This document shows positions 8,848 through 16,653 of a stretch of 32,000 bases of DNA, piece after piece. The notes under the pieces were generated by a model. It was not told the origin of the DNA and made no database searches. It saw only the letters and a program-made list of their open reading frames with translations. Source of the stretch: Deltaproteobacteria bacterium. GTDB taxonomy: Bacteria; Desulfobacterota; Deferrisomatia; Deferrisomatales; JACRMM01. A program made the translations under genes and the position numbers. The stretch is from assembly GCA_016214985.1 (NCBI GenBank), contig JACRMM010000029.1, forward strand, positions 25,938 to 57,937, in the 5' to 3' direction. Position 1 is the first letter of the stretch; each line of letters opens with the position of its first letter.

Positions 8848-9414
8848 TCAAGGAGCGCGGTGGGCGACCGAAACACGGTTCGCCGCGTCCGTGCCGAAGA
8901 CCTCCGGGCGCCGGGGCACGCCTGGAGGGGGGGGCGGGAAGCAGCGGGCCAGGAAGGCCGAGACGCGCAGCCGGGTGTCGTCCTCGTCGACGCGGTTCTT
9001 CCTCACGGCGAGGCCCCCCAGGAACCCCACGCCGAGCGCGCCGAGGCGCCGCTCCAGGGCCCTCACGTAGCGGTCCTGGTCCCAGCCGCCGCAGGTCACG
9101 GCAACGGCTGTCGGCGGCAGTCGACGGCCGCAGGACGCCAGGAAGGCGTTCACGGGGGGGCAGGAGAGGGTCCACTTGGGCAGCAGGAGCAGGCACGCGT
9201 CGAAGGGAGCCGGGTCGGGCAGCGGGCCCCGGATCGGGACGCGAGACCCGGGAAGGAACGAGAGGGCGAGCCAGAGCGGGTAGGGCAGGTCAAGCCGGGG
9301 CACGAGGATCGCGTCACCGACCTCGTGGCCGGACTCCTGGAGCTCAGATCGGCAGCGTTCGGCAAGGGTTCGGGTGGTCCCGGTCCGAGAGTAGAGGCAT
9401 CGCAGTATCTTCAC
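8848..9414 (-). CDS. flavodoxin-like fold protein (function unknown)
   Basis: The GTG at 9414 gives VKILRCLYSRTGTTRTLAE, which resembles the flavodoxin-type N-terminal phosphate-binding loop (YSxTGNT). 188 aa. No clear SD, so the start is uncertain. Confidence 0.5.
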   Translation of the reverse strand: MKILRCLYSRTGTTRTLAERCRSELQESGHEVGDAILVPRLDLPYPLWLALSFLPGSRVPIRGPLPDPAPFDACLLLLPKWTLSCPPVNAFLASCGRRLPPTAVAVTCGGWDQDRYVRALERRLGALGVGFLGGLAVRKNRVDEDDTRLRVSAFLARCFPPPPPGVPRRPEVFGTDAANRVSVAHRAP

Positions 9415-9541
9415 GGGTCGCCCCGCCCCGCAGCGACGTGGGCCATGCCGGCCTCGGCTTCGCCTGCGGGAACGCCTGCTAAATCGCCCATCGTCGCACT
9501 CCCCGAGCGCACGGGCCCCGCGGCGTGAGCTCTTCGCCGGG

Positions 9542-10156
9542 TCAGGCTCGCGCGACGCGCAGCGCGGGCTTCGGGGGAGGAGGCGAGGGTTCGGCGCCCT
9601 CCCAGCGGCGGTAGAGGTGGTGCTCGACACCGAAGGCGTCGAGCACCTTGCCCACGGTCTGGTCGATGATCTCCTGCACCGTGGTGGGGCGATGGTACCA
9701 GGCCACCATGGGCGGCAGGATCATGGCGCCGAGGTCGGCGGCCTTGAGCATCAGTTCCAGATGACCCTTGTGCAGGGGCGTCTCCCGGGGCAGGAGCACG
9801 AGCCGGCGCCGCTCCTTGAGGGCCACGTCCGCCGCGCGGTTGAGGAGGTTTTCGTTGTAGGAGTGGACGATGCCAGAGAGCGTCTTCATGGAGCACGGCA
9901 CCACGGCCATCCCCTCGGTGAGGAAGGAGCCGCTGGCGATGGAGGCCGCGATGTTCTCCACGTCGTGCACGCAGCTCGCCAGCCGTTCGACATCGGCAAC
10001 CTTCCAGTCGGTCTCGAGCTCGATGTTGCGGCGGCCGGGGTGGGTGAGCACGAGGTGCGTCTCCACGTTCGTGCGGGCGAGGACCTCCAGCAGGCGCACG
10101 CCGTAGATGACGCCAGTGGCGCCGGAGATACCGACCACGATTCGTCTCTTCTTCAT
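9542..10156 (-). CDS. ubiX: UbiX-type flavin prenyltransferase (prFMN synthase)
   Basis: The ATG at 10156 (GGGAGG about 8 nt upstream) gives MKKRRIVVGISGATGVIYGVRLLEVL. Also VPCSMKTLSGI and LVLLPRETPLH, typical UbiX/Pad1 motifs. 4-nt overlap with the upstream UbiD gene. Confidence 0.93.
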   Translation of the reverse strand: MKKRRIVVGISGATGVIYGVRLLEVLARTNVETHLVLTHPGRRNIELETDWKVADVERLASCVHDVENIAASIASGSFLTEGMAVVPCSMKTLSGIVHSYNENLLNRAADVALKERRRLVLLPRETPLHKGHLELMLKAADLGAMILPPMVAWYHRPTTVQEIIDQTVGKVLDAFGVEHHLYRRWEGAEPSPPPPKPALRVARA

Positions 10157-11508
10157 GGGGTGTGCCTCCCTGACAGAAGCGTTCTGGCCCGCTCCAAGGC
10201 GTCGGGACGGAGCGTCGCCGGGCGCCGGCCGCGCACGCGCTCGTAGCCCGTGGCGTCGAGGGCGATCTTGGCCGTGCGGAAGGGCTCGGGACACGAGGGA
10301 TCGATCGGCAGGGCCTTGAGGTCGCTCAGGATCATCGCGTCCTGATCGGGTTGAAACCGGGTGGCCAGCGCCCACTCCACGTGCACGAGGTCTCGAGGAT
10401 CCACGTCCTCGGCGACCGCCACCACCTTCTTTACCACGCCCAGCGTCAGCAGTTGGAGGAGCAAACTGCGAATCTGTTCGCGGGGCGCCGGCGCCAGGCG
10501 AACGACGAGCGAGGTCCCGCAGGTTCCGGGGACGAAGAAGAACTGCTGAGCGAAGGGAAAAAGACTGCGCACCCGGGGCGCAATGTTGGCTTCGGAGACC
10601 ACGGCGAGGAGCAGGTCCCCCTCCCGGCCAGTGGGGAGGAGGGCGTGGTACAGGGGGTCAGCCCGGTGGTAGATGCGGCGGACCCGAAACGTCGGGGTGC
10701 CGGGGAAGACGAGCGAGTATCCCCCTACCTCGCCCATGGGGCCGTCCGGGCGCTCGTCCTGTGGGTCCACCTCTCCTTCCAGGAGGAACTCCGCTCGGGC
10801 CGGTACCGGAATGCCCGTGAGGGGTGCGGCGACCACCTCGACCGGCTGGCCGTGAAGCCCTCCGGCCACGGCGAGCTTGTCCACGCCCGGGACTCCTCGC
10901 AGCGCGAATGACGCGAAGGTGAGGGGGTCGACGCCAAGCGCCACCGCCATCGGCATGGGTCGCCCCTGGGCCTTGAAGCGGGCGTAGAGCTGGGACAAGG
11001 GCGGGTTGACGAGGGCGACCCCCAACTCCCTCTCCCCGCGCAGTCCCATCCGGTGAATCCCCCGGGCGACGTCGCCGGTCTCCGGGGAGAGGGCCGACAC
11101 GAGACCGGTCGTGATGTAGGGGCCGGAGTCCTCCTGGCAATGGGTGAGGAGGGGGAGGATCCGTTCTATGGAGAGATCCGCCGGCGCCGCGCGCTCCAAG
11201 ACGGGTGCCGCTTCGGTCGAGCGAGTGGGAATGGGGTGGGAGAGTCGGCGTGCGAACTCCCCGGCCAGATCGGTCTCGTCGACGCCCATGGCCCAGGCCA
11301 GCACCTCCCGGCCGAAGATGACATTGCCCACCACCGGGACCCCAGGACCGTTGACGTGCGAGAAGTAGACGGCACCTTCCCCCCGCCGATCGGCCTCTGT
11401 CAGGACCGCCGCAACCTCGTGAGCGGGAGACACCGGCTCTGCCACCTCCAGCAGCCGGCCCCGACTCCTCAGCTCCGCCACGGTCTGCCGCAGATCTTCG
11501 AAGCCCAC
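10153..11508 (-). CDS. UbiD-family (prFMN-dependent) decarboxylase/carboxylase, third paralogue in the cluster
   Basis: 451-aa ORF with a GTG start at 11508, 4 nt after the preceding stop. UbiD-like N-terminus DLRQTVAELRSRGRLLEVAEPVSPAHEVAAV...GAVYFSHVNG. Translationally coupled to ubiX. Confidence 0.9.
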   Translation of the reverse strand: MGFEDLRQTVAELRSRGRLLEVAEPVSPAHEVAAVLTEADRRGEGAVYFSHVNGPGVPVVGNVIFGREVLAWAMGVDETDLAGEFARRLSHPIPTRSTEAAPVLERAAPADLSIERILPLLTHCQEDSGPYITTGLVSALSPETGDVARGIHRMGLRGERELGVALVNPPLSQLYARFKAQGRPMPMAVALGVDPLTFASFALRGVPGVDKLAVAGGLHGQPVEVVAAPLTGIPVPARAEFLLEGEVDPQDERPDGPMGEVGGYSLVFPGTPTFRVRRIYHRADPLYHALLPTGREGDLLLAVVSEANIAPRVRSLFPFAQQFFFVPGTCGTSLVVRLAPAPREQIRSLLLQLLTLGVVKKVVAVAEDVDPRDLVHVEWALATRFQPDQDAMILSDLKALPIDPSCPEPFRTAKIALDATGYERVRGRRPATLRPDALERARTLLSGRHTP

Positions 11509-11512
11509 GGGC

Positions 11513-11770
11513 CTACCGCCACGCCTCGGGGATCTTGTCGACGAAGGAGACCACCTCGATCGACCAGGGCTTGCCCACCCACTGACCGCGGCCGAGCCGG
11601 GGCCAGAGACGGTCGGGGTACCGATCGGGGTTGTTCGAGATCTTGGCCCGCACGCACTTGCAGCAGTACTTGGCCCGCCCGGGTGTGAGGTCTCGGATCG
11701 TCATGTCCTGCTCGGTTTCGAACACCGCCTCTTCGAGGTCAGTGAGGATGAAGGTGTCGTACTCTCGCAT
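11513..11770 (-). CDS. ppcD: 85-aa small subunit, positional and size match to the ~10 kDa phenylphosphate carboxylase delta subunit
   Basis: The ATG at 11770 is preceded by GAGGAG. 85 aa (MREYDTFILTDLEEAVFETEQD...CCKC...). It is the last gene of the UbiD-like/HAD/UbiD-like/small quartet. The assignment rests on context and size, not on recognised sequence motifs. Confidence 0.55.
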   Translation of the reverse strand: MREYDTFILTDLEEAVFETEQDMTIRDLTPGRAKYCCKCVRAKISNNPDRYPDRLWPRLGRGQWVGKPWSIEVVSFVDKIPEAWR

Positions 11771-11866
11771 AGGGGACTCCTCGTTGGCTGTCAGCGATCA
11801 GCGGTCCGCTCTCAGCTACTTCTGCTCTGGCCTCAGGCTAAGCGCTGAGATCGGATTGCTGGGTGC

Positions 11867-13315
11867 TCAGTCTTTGAACCCGTAATTCGTCCAGTTGTCC
11901 AGCACCTTCTTCTTGATGTCTTCCGGGTAGACCTTGTCGAACGAGACGAGGATCGGAATGTCGGACTTCTTCCAGTCGAGCGGAGTGAGGCAGTCGAAGA
12001 GCACCTTCGATCCCTTGCCGATCTTTCGCTCGCTCATGGGTGCGAACGGGTTCAGGGGGGTGCCGGCCGAGTTCTTGTACACGTGGATGCCGTCGACCGG
12101 GTGGCACTTGGTCGACAGGGCGTGGATCACCTTGTCCTTGTCGTAGATGTCGGTGTCCTGGTCCACGACGACCGCCATGTGGAACCAGGGGCCGAGCTTG
12201 CTGCCGAAGATCAGCTGGGCGATCTGGCTCGCGATGCCGGCGTAGGCGTTGCGCGTGCCGATCACCACGAGGTGGTGGGTCGACTCGGGCCACATGTAGA
12301 CGCCTGTGATCGGGATTCCCTGACTGCGCAGGAGTTTGTCCATCTCGAGGCCGAGCGAGAAGGAGCGCAGGAGCTGTCCCTCGTCGGTGGGCACGCCCAT
12401 GCACGAGACCGGCACGATCGGCCGGTTCCGGTGGGTGATGGCCCGGACCCGGTACACGGTGCGCGGCTCCCGAGGGGAGGTCCGGTAGCCCGTGTACTCC
12501 CCGAAGGGGGCCTCGTCGAGGGCGATGTTGGGCAGGATGTCGCCCTCGATGATGATCTCGGCGTGCGCCGGGACGTAGAGGTCGCTCAGCTCGCACTTCA
12601 CCATCTCGACCCCCTCGCCCATGAGCATCCCGCAGAACTCGTCCTCCGGGATCTGGGCAGGGGCGCAGGCGGCGATGCCGGCCAGGGGATCCATGCCGAT
12701 CACGGTGGCAAACGGCATGGGCTCGTTGCGGGGCACCGCCTTGTTCCAGAACATCTTGCCCATGTCGGAGAAGGGCAGCACGGGGCCCACCATGGTCCTC
12801 TCGTCGAAGACCATCTGGCGGTACATGCCCCAGTTGATGGCCCCGTCGTCCGGGTCCTTGGCCACGATCATGTGCCACGTCGAGAGGTAGCGCCCGCCGT
12901 CGCCCTCGTGGACCATGGGCGCGGGGAGGTCGAAGAGGTTCACGGCGTCGCCGGTGATCACGTTCTCCTTGCACGGCGCCCGGCTCCGGTCGACGAGCAC
13001 CGGCTTGTGGGGAGTGCCCCGGTCGGTGCGGTCGAGGTAGACCTGGGCGATCTGGGGGATGGGGGTCTCCGGGGGGAGACCGAGGGAGATCGCGAGCTTC
13101 CGGTAGGTGGCCAGGGGCGCACCGAAGGCCTCGAACCCGGGGTAGTCCTTGATCTTCTTGAAGTAGGGGGAGGGCGCCTGCTTTTCGCAGACGCGGCGCA
13201 CGATGGCGCCCATCTCCATGTCCCAGTCCACTTCCTGCTTCACCGTGACCAGGTCCCCGGACTTCTTCAGAGCCTTGATGAACTCGCGATTGTCCTTGTA
13301 GTACTTGTGTGGCAT
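11867..13315 (-). CDS. ppcA: UbiD-like subunit (482 aa), candidate phenylphosphate carboxylase alpha subunit
   Basis: 482-aa ORF (MPHKYYKDNREFIKALKKSGDLVTVKQEVDWDMEMGAIVRR...) with a UbiD-family N-terminal pattern. GGAG about 7 nt upstream. The size matches the ~54 kDa subunit. Confidence 0.8.
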   Translation of the reverse strand: MPHKYYKDNREFIKALKKSGDLVTVKQEVDWDMEMGAIVRRVCEKQAPSPYFKKIKDYPGFEAFGAPLATYRKLAISLGLPPETPIPQIAQVYLDRTDRGTPHKPVLVDRSRAPCKENVITGDAVNLFDLPAPMVHEGDGGRYLSTWHMIVAKDPDDGAINWGMYRQMVFDERTMVGPVLPFSDMGKMFWNKAVPRNEPMPFATVIGMDPLAGIAACAPAQIPEDEFCGMLMGEGVEMVKCELSDLYVPAHAEIIIEGDILPNIALDEAPFGEYTGYRTSPREPRTVYRVRAITHRNRPIVPVSCMGVPTDEGQLLRSFSLGLEMDKLLRSQGIPITGVYMWPESTHHLVVIGTRNAYAGIASQIAQLIFGSKLGPWFHMAVVVDQDTDIYDKDKVIHALSTKCHPVDGIHVYKNSAGTPLNPFAPMSERKIGKGSKVLFDCLTPLDWKKSDIPILVSFDKVYPEDIKKKVLDNWTNYGFKD

Positions 13316-13330
13316 GAGTCGCTCCGCTAT

Positions 13331-13431
13331 GGCTGGAAAGCTTGAAAGCCAGAGGGCTCGAAGGCCTGGAACAAGGAGGACCTAAGGCAGAAGAGAGTCT
13401 TCTGGCCTCCCAGCTTCCCAGCCTTCCAGCC
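13331..13431 (-). promoter_or_regulatory. long imperfect intercistronic RNA stem-loop in the ppcC-ppcA spacer
   Basis: Hand pairing of 13331..13363 against 13431..13399 gives 24 Watson-Crick pairs, plus 5 positions that are G-U only in the minus-sense (mRNA) transcript, out of 33. The right arm is four tandem 8-mers (CTTCTGGC CTCCCAGC TTCCCAGC CTTCCAGC on the plus strand). The ppcA SD lies outside the stem. Confidence 0.5.
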
Positions 13432-13434
13432 GTT

Positions 13435-13977
13435 TCATCCCCATCCCTTGGCGCTGACCTTGTCGACGAGCCCCTGCCACTTGCCTTGGGCGCGCAGGAT
13501 GAACTCCCCGAGCTCCCGGAGCACTCCCTGCCCGCCGGCGCGCCGGGTCACGAGGTGGGAGGCCTCCTGCACCTCCGGCACGCCGTTTGCCGGCGACACC
13601 GCGAAGCCCACCGATCGCATCACTCCCAGGTCGATGATCTCGTCGCCCACGAAGCAGATCTGGTCCAGGGCGAGCCCCATCTCGTCGGCCACCTCCTGGA
13701 GCTTCGTGGCCTTGTCCTTGGCCTGGATCACTCGCTTGATCCCCACCTCGGCCGCGCGCAGCTCGACGATCTTCGACTTGCGGGTCATGAGGGCCACTTC
13801 GATCCCGAGCATCATGAGGCAGTTGGCCCCGAATCCGTCGTCGTGGCAGAAGGCCTGGAACTTCATGCCATCCTCGTTGTAGAGGACGACCCCCGTCGTC
13901 AGGACGCCGTGAACGTCCAGTACGACCATCTTGATCTTCTTTGCCCGCTCGATGGCGTCCATGAAGTCGTATGCCAT
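13435..13977 (-). CDS. ppcC: KdsC-like HAD-superfamily phosphatase subunit (180 aa), candidate phenylphosphate carboxylase gamma subunit
   Basis: HAD motifs: motif I VVLDVHGVLTTG (DxH instead of DxD), motif II ALMTRKS, Lys region QAKDKATKL, motif IV VGDEIIDLGVM. Size matches the ~18 kDa subunit. Located between the two UbiD-like genes. Confidence 0.82.
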   Translation of the reverse strand: MAYDFMDAIERAKKIKMVVLDVHGVLTTGVVLYNEDGMKFQAFCHDDGFGANCLMMLGIEVALMTRKSKIVELRAAEVGIKRVIQAKDKATKLQEVADEMGLALDQICFVGDEIIDLGVMRSVGFAVSPANGVPEVQEASHLVTRRAGGQGVLRELGEFILRAQGKWQGLVDKVSAKGWG

Positions 13978-14053
13978 GACCGCGAATCTCCTTGTCGTCT
14001 GTGGTTTCGAGTTCCCAGTTCCCAGTTCTGGACCCCCTCGTCCCTGACCCCCC

Positions 14054-15472
14054 CTAGTCCAGCCCCAGCTCCGACCACCTCGCCTTGACCTTGTCCAGCA
14101 TCTCCTTGGACATCTCCACCTGCACCGGCTTGTCCTTCCACTCGAAGGGGATGGTGGCGTCCATGATGATGCGGGACGTAATGAACTTGTTGACGTTGTC
14201 GTGCAACGCCGGGTCCAGGGGGGTGGAGCGGCCGCGGTGGATGATCTGGGTTCCGCGTTCGGCGTCGTAGCGTGTGGCCAATGCCCACCAGACCCGGGGC
14301 AGGTCGTCGGCCCGAATGTCGTCGTCGACGATGATGAGGCCCTTCAGCCCGTACGTGCACGTATTGCTCGCGATCACCGCGGCGGCAACCTGGTTCGAGT
14401 GGCCCGGGTACATCTGCTTGACCGAGACGATGGCCCAGAATCGGCCGCAGGCCTCGGGCGGCATGTAGACGGACTGGATGCCGGGGATGCCCATCTTCGT
14501 GAGCTCGGTCCACAGGGTCGCGTTTCGCACGAAGGCCAGCATCATGTGGTTGTCGTTCACCGGCCGACCGACCGAAGCGGCGAGGAAGATCGGGTTGTTG
14601 CGGTGGTAGATCCGCTGGACCTCGATCGCGGGCTTCAAGACCGGCTTGTAGATCTCCTCGGTGTAGTAGCCCGTGTACTCGCCGAAGGGACCTTCGGGCC
14701 GCAGGTTGTCGCCGTCGATATAGCCCTCGAGCACCCACTCGGCCGTGGCCGGGATCGGCAGCCCCGTGAGCGGCGCCTTCACGATCTCCACCGGCTCCCC
14801 GCGCAGCGTGCCCACGATGTCGTATTCGTTGGCGTTCTCCACCATGGCGCTGCCCGCGAGCATCAGGAGCGGGTCGCACCCCACGATCATGCACACGGGC
14901 ATCTTCTTGCCCATCTTCCGGTACTTCTGGAGGATGCGGTCTCCTCGCTTCCCCTTGAGGATCTGGGCGCCGACGGTTTTCGAATCGAGCACCTGGCTGC
15001 GGTAGGTGCCGAGGTTGATCTCTCCGGTCTCCGGGTCCTGGACGACCATGAAGCAGGCTGTGCCGATGTAGCGGCCGCCGTCCTTCTCGTAGAACTTCGG
15101 GGCCGGGATCTTGAAGATGTCGACGGCGTCGCCCTCGATGACGTTCTCGAAGACGGGGCCGGTTTCCACCTCCCGAGCCCGGATGACCTCGCCCACGGAG
15201 AGCTTCATCCACTCGTAGGAGAGCTCGCACATGGTCAGGTTCGTGGGCCTCCCGAGCACCAGGGCCAGACGCTTGGTGCTGCTGTAGGCGCCGAACATCA
15301 CGGACATCGACCGGTCGTGGCCCTTGACGTTCTCGAAGACGAGCGCCGGCCCGTCCTTCTCCTCGACGAGCTTGGCGATGTGGCTCATCTCGAGGTTCCA
15401 GTCCACCTCGGCCGTGACCCGCTTGAGGTCGCCTTCCTTCTCGCAGAGGGCGATGAAGTCGCGCATATCCAT
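14054..15472 (-). CDS. ppcB: UbiD-like subunit (472 aa), candidate phenylphosphate carboxylase beta subunit
   Basis: The ATG at 15472 (GGAGGAACACC upstream) gives MDMRDFIALCEKEGDLKRVTAEVDWNLEMSHIAKLVEEKDGPALVFENVKG, a typical UbiD-family N-terminus. 472 aa matches the ~53 kDa subunit. Confidence 0.82.
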   Translation of the reverse strand: MDMRDFIALCEKEGDLKRVTAEVDWNLEMSHIAKLVEEKDGPALVFENVKGHDRSMSVMFGAYSSTKRLALVLGRPTNLTMCELSYEWMKLSVGEVIRAREVETGPVFENVIEGDAVDIFKIPAPKFYEKDGGRYIGTACFMVVQDPETGEINLGTYRSQVLDSKTVGAQILKGKRGDRILQKYRKMGKKMPVCMIVGCDPLLMLAGSAMVENANEYDIVGTLRGEPVEIVKAPLTGLPIPATAEWVLEGYIDGDNLRPEGPFGEYTGYYTEEIYKPVLKPAIEVQRIYHRNNPIFLAASVGRPVNDNHMMLAFVRNATLWTELTKMGIPGIQSVYMPPEACGRFWAIVSVKQMYPGHSNQVAAAVIASNTCTYGLKGLIIVDDDIRADDLPRVWWALATRYDAERGTQIIHRGRSTPLDPALHDNVNKFITSRIIMDATIPFEWKDKPVQVEMSKEMLDKVKARWSELGLD

Positions 15473-15528
15473 GGTGTTCCTCCGGCTGGCAGCGGTGAGC
15501 GGTCAAACAATGGTTGGAATGCTAGTCG

Positions 15529-15557
15529 ACCCCTCGGGGTGGGTCAATTCACATAAG
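15529..15557 (-). promoter_or_regulatory. candidate sigma70-type internal promoter upstream of ppcB
   Basis: On the minus strand: TTGACC (15557..15552), 17-nt spacer, TAGCAT (15534..15529). It sits in the AT-richer 130-nt gap between the BASS and ppcB genes. An inverted repeat CATAAGTTTATG (15562..15573) lies just upstream of the -35. Confidence 0.3.
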
Positions 15558-15602
15558 TTTATGCGATCTATAAGGAGAACTATGAGAGGCGGGATCGAAT
15601 GG

Positions 15603-16601
15603 TCAGACGCGCGGCGGCTCTCGCCTCCTCGCCGCGATCTTGCCGACGAGGTACGCGTCCGTCGCAAGGTGCACGATGTGGTGGACGACGCAGAAGACCA
15701 GGGCCTGACCCTGGGTCGGGAAGAGCGCGGTCTGGACGAGCACGGCGATCGGGAGGGTCTTCTGCCCTCCCATGAACCACACGACCTCCCGTCGGCCCGG
15801 TCCGAGCCTCGCCGCCTTCGCGCACCCTGCTGCCGTCAGGAGCAGCACGGCGTGGAAAGAGAAGGCGAGGGCACAGGACACCGCCGCCGCGGCGGAAGCG
15901 GCCCGGATGGTGGCGTGAGAACGCGAGAGCGCGATCCATACCACGGCGAGCACGAGGCACTGGTTGATGCTTGCGATCCCTGCCGGAAGGCGGAGCCCGG
16001 CCGCCGCCGATACCCTGCGGAGCCCCATCCCGATCACGAGCGGCAGCGCGACCAGGATCGCCAGATCTCCCGCGAGGGCAGAGGTGTCGAGGGCCGCCGC
16101 CGCCGTGTCCCGAGCTGTTCCGAGCAGCCACTCGAGCGATAGGGGGATGGTGAGGATTCCCAGCCAGCTGGCGGCCACTGTCACAACCAGCGAGGTCGCG
16201 AGGTTGCCGCCCGCGAGCGCCCCCATGACGACCCCGCTGCTCAGCGTCGTGGGCATGATGGAGACGAGAAGGAGGCCGATGCGGATCCCAGGTTCGAGGG
16301 GCAGGAGGCTGTGGGCCAGGGCCACGAGGGGGGCCCCGACGAAGATGACGGCAAGGGACACGGCGAGGACCCGGACGTCGGCGAGCCCTCTCCGGGCCTG
16401 ACGGCCGTCCAGCCCCAGCCCGGAGAACAGAAACATGAGGAACGCGCAGACCTGTGCTCCCCTCCTCGCGCCGAGCCACCGGCCCGCCCCCACCACGAGG
16501 CCGCTTCGGTCGGCGGCGGTCAGGGCGGCGAGGCCGAGCAGCGCGAGCAGAAACCAGTGCCTGCGCAGGACGTCCGGGGAGAACTGCCGAAGGCCCGTCA
16601 C
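15603..16601 (-). CDS. bile acid:sodium symporter (BASS/SBF-like) family permease
   Basis: 332-aa polytopic membrane ORF with a GTG start. Contains LFSGLGLD, IMPTTLSSGVVMGALAGGN and VVWFMGGQKTLP, typical of the SBF-like/YfeH family. Confidence 0.78.
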   Translation of the reverse strand: MTGLRQFSPDVLRRHWFLLALLGLAALTAADRSGLVVGAGRWLGARRGAQVCAFLMFLFSGLGLDGRQARRGLADVRVLAVSLAVIFVGAPLVALAHSLLPLEPGIRIGLLLVSIMPTTLSSGVVMGALAGGNLATSLVVTVAASWLGILTIPLSLEWLLGTARDTAAAALDTSALAGDLAILVALPLVIGMGLRRVSAAAGLRLPAGIASINQCLVLAVVWIALSRSHATIRAASAAAAVSCALAFSFHAVLLLTAAGCAKAARLGPGRREVVWFMGGQKTLPIAVLVQTALFPTQGQALVFCVVHHIVHLATDAYLVGKIAARRREPPRV

Positions 16602-16653
16602 GGGAGCGCCGTCCTCGTCCGTGGGCTCGGGGCGGTCGGAGGGCGTCGCCCGG

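Noticed and set aside
15581-16142. Plus-strand TAAGGAGAACT-ATG (perfect SD) opening a 184-codon ORF.
   Set aside because: The ORF is entirely antisense to the well-supported BASS permease gene and translates to Arg/Glu/Asp-rich nonsense. The SD-like string lies in an AT-rich intergenic promoter region.
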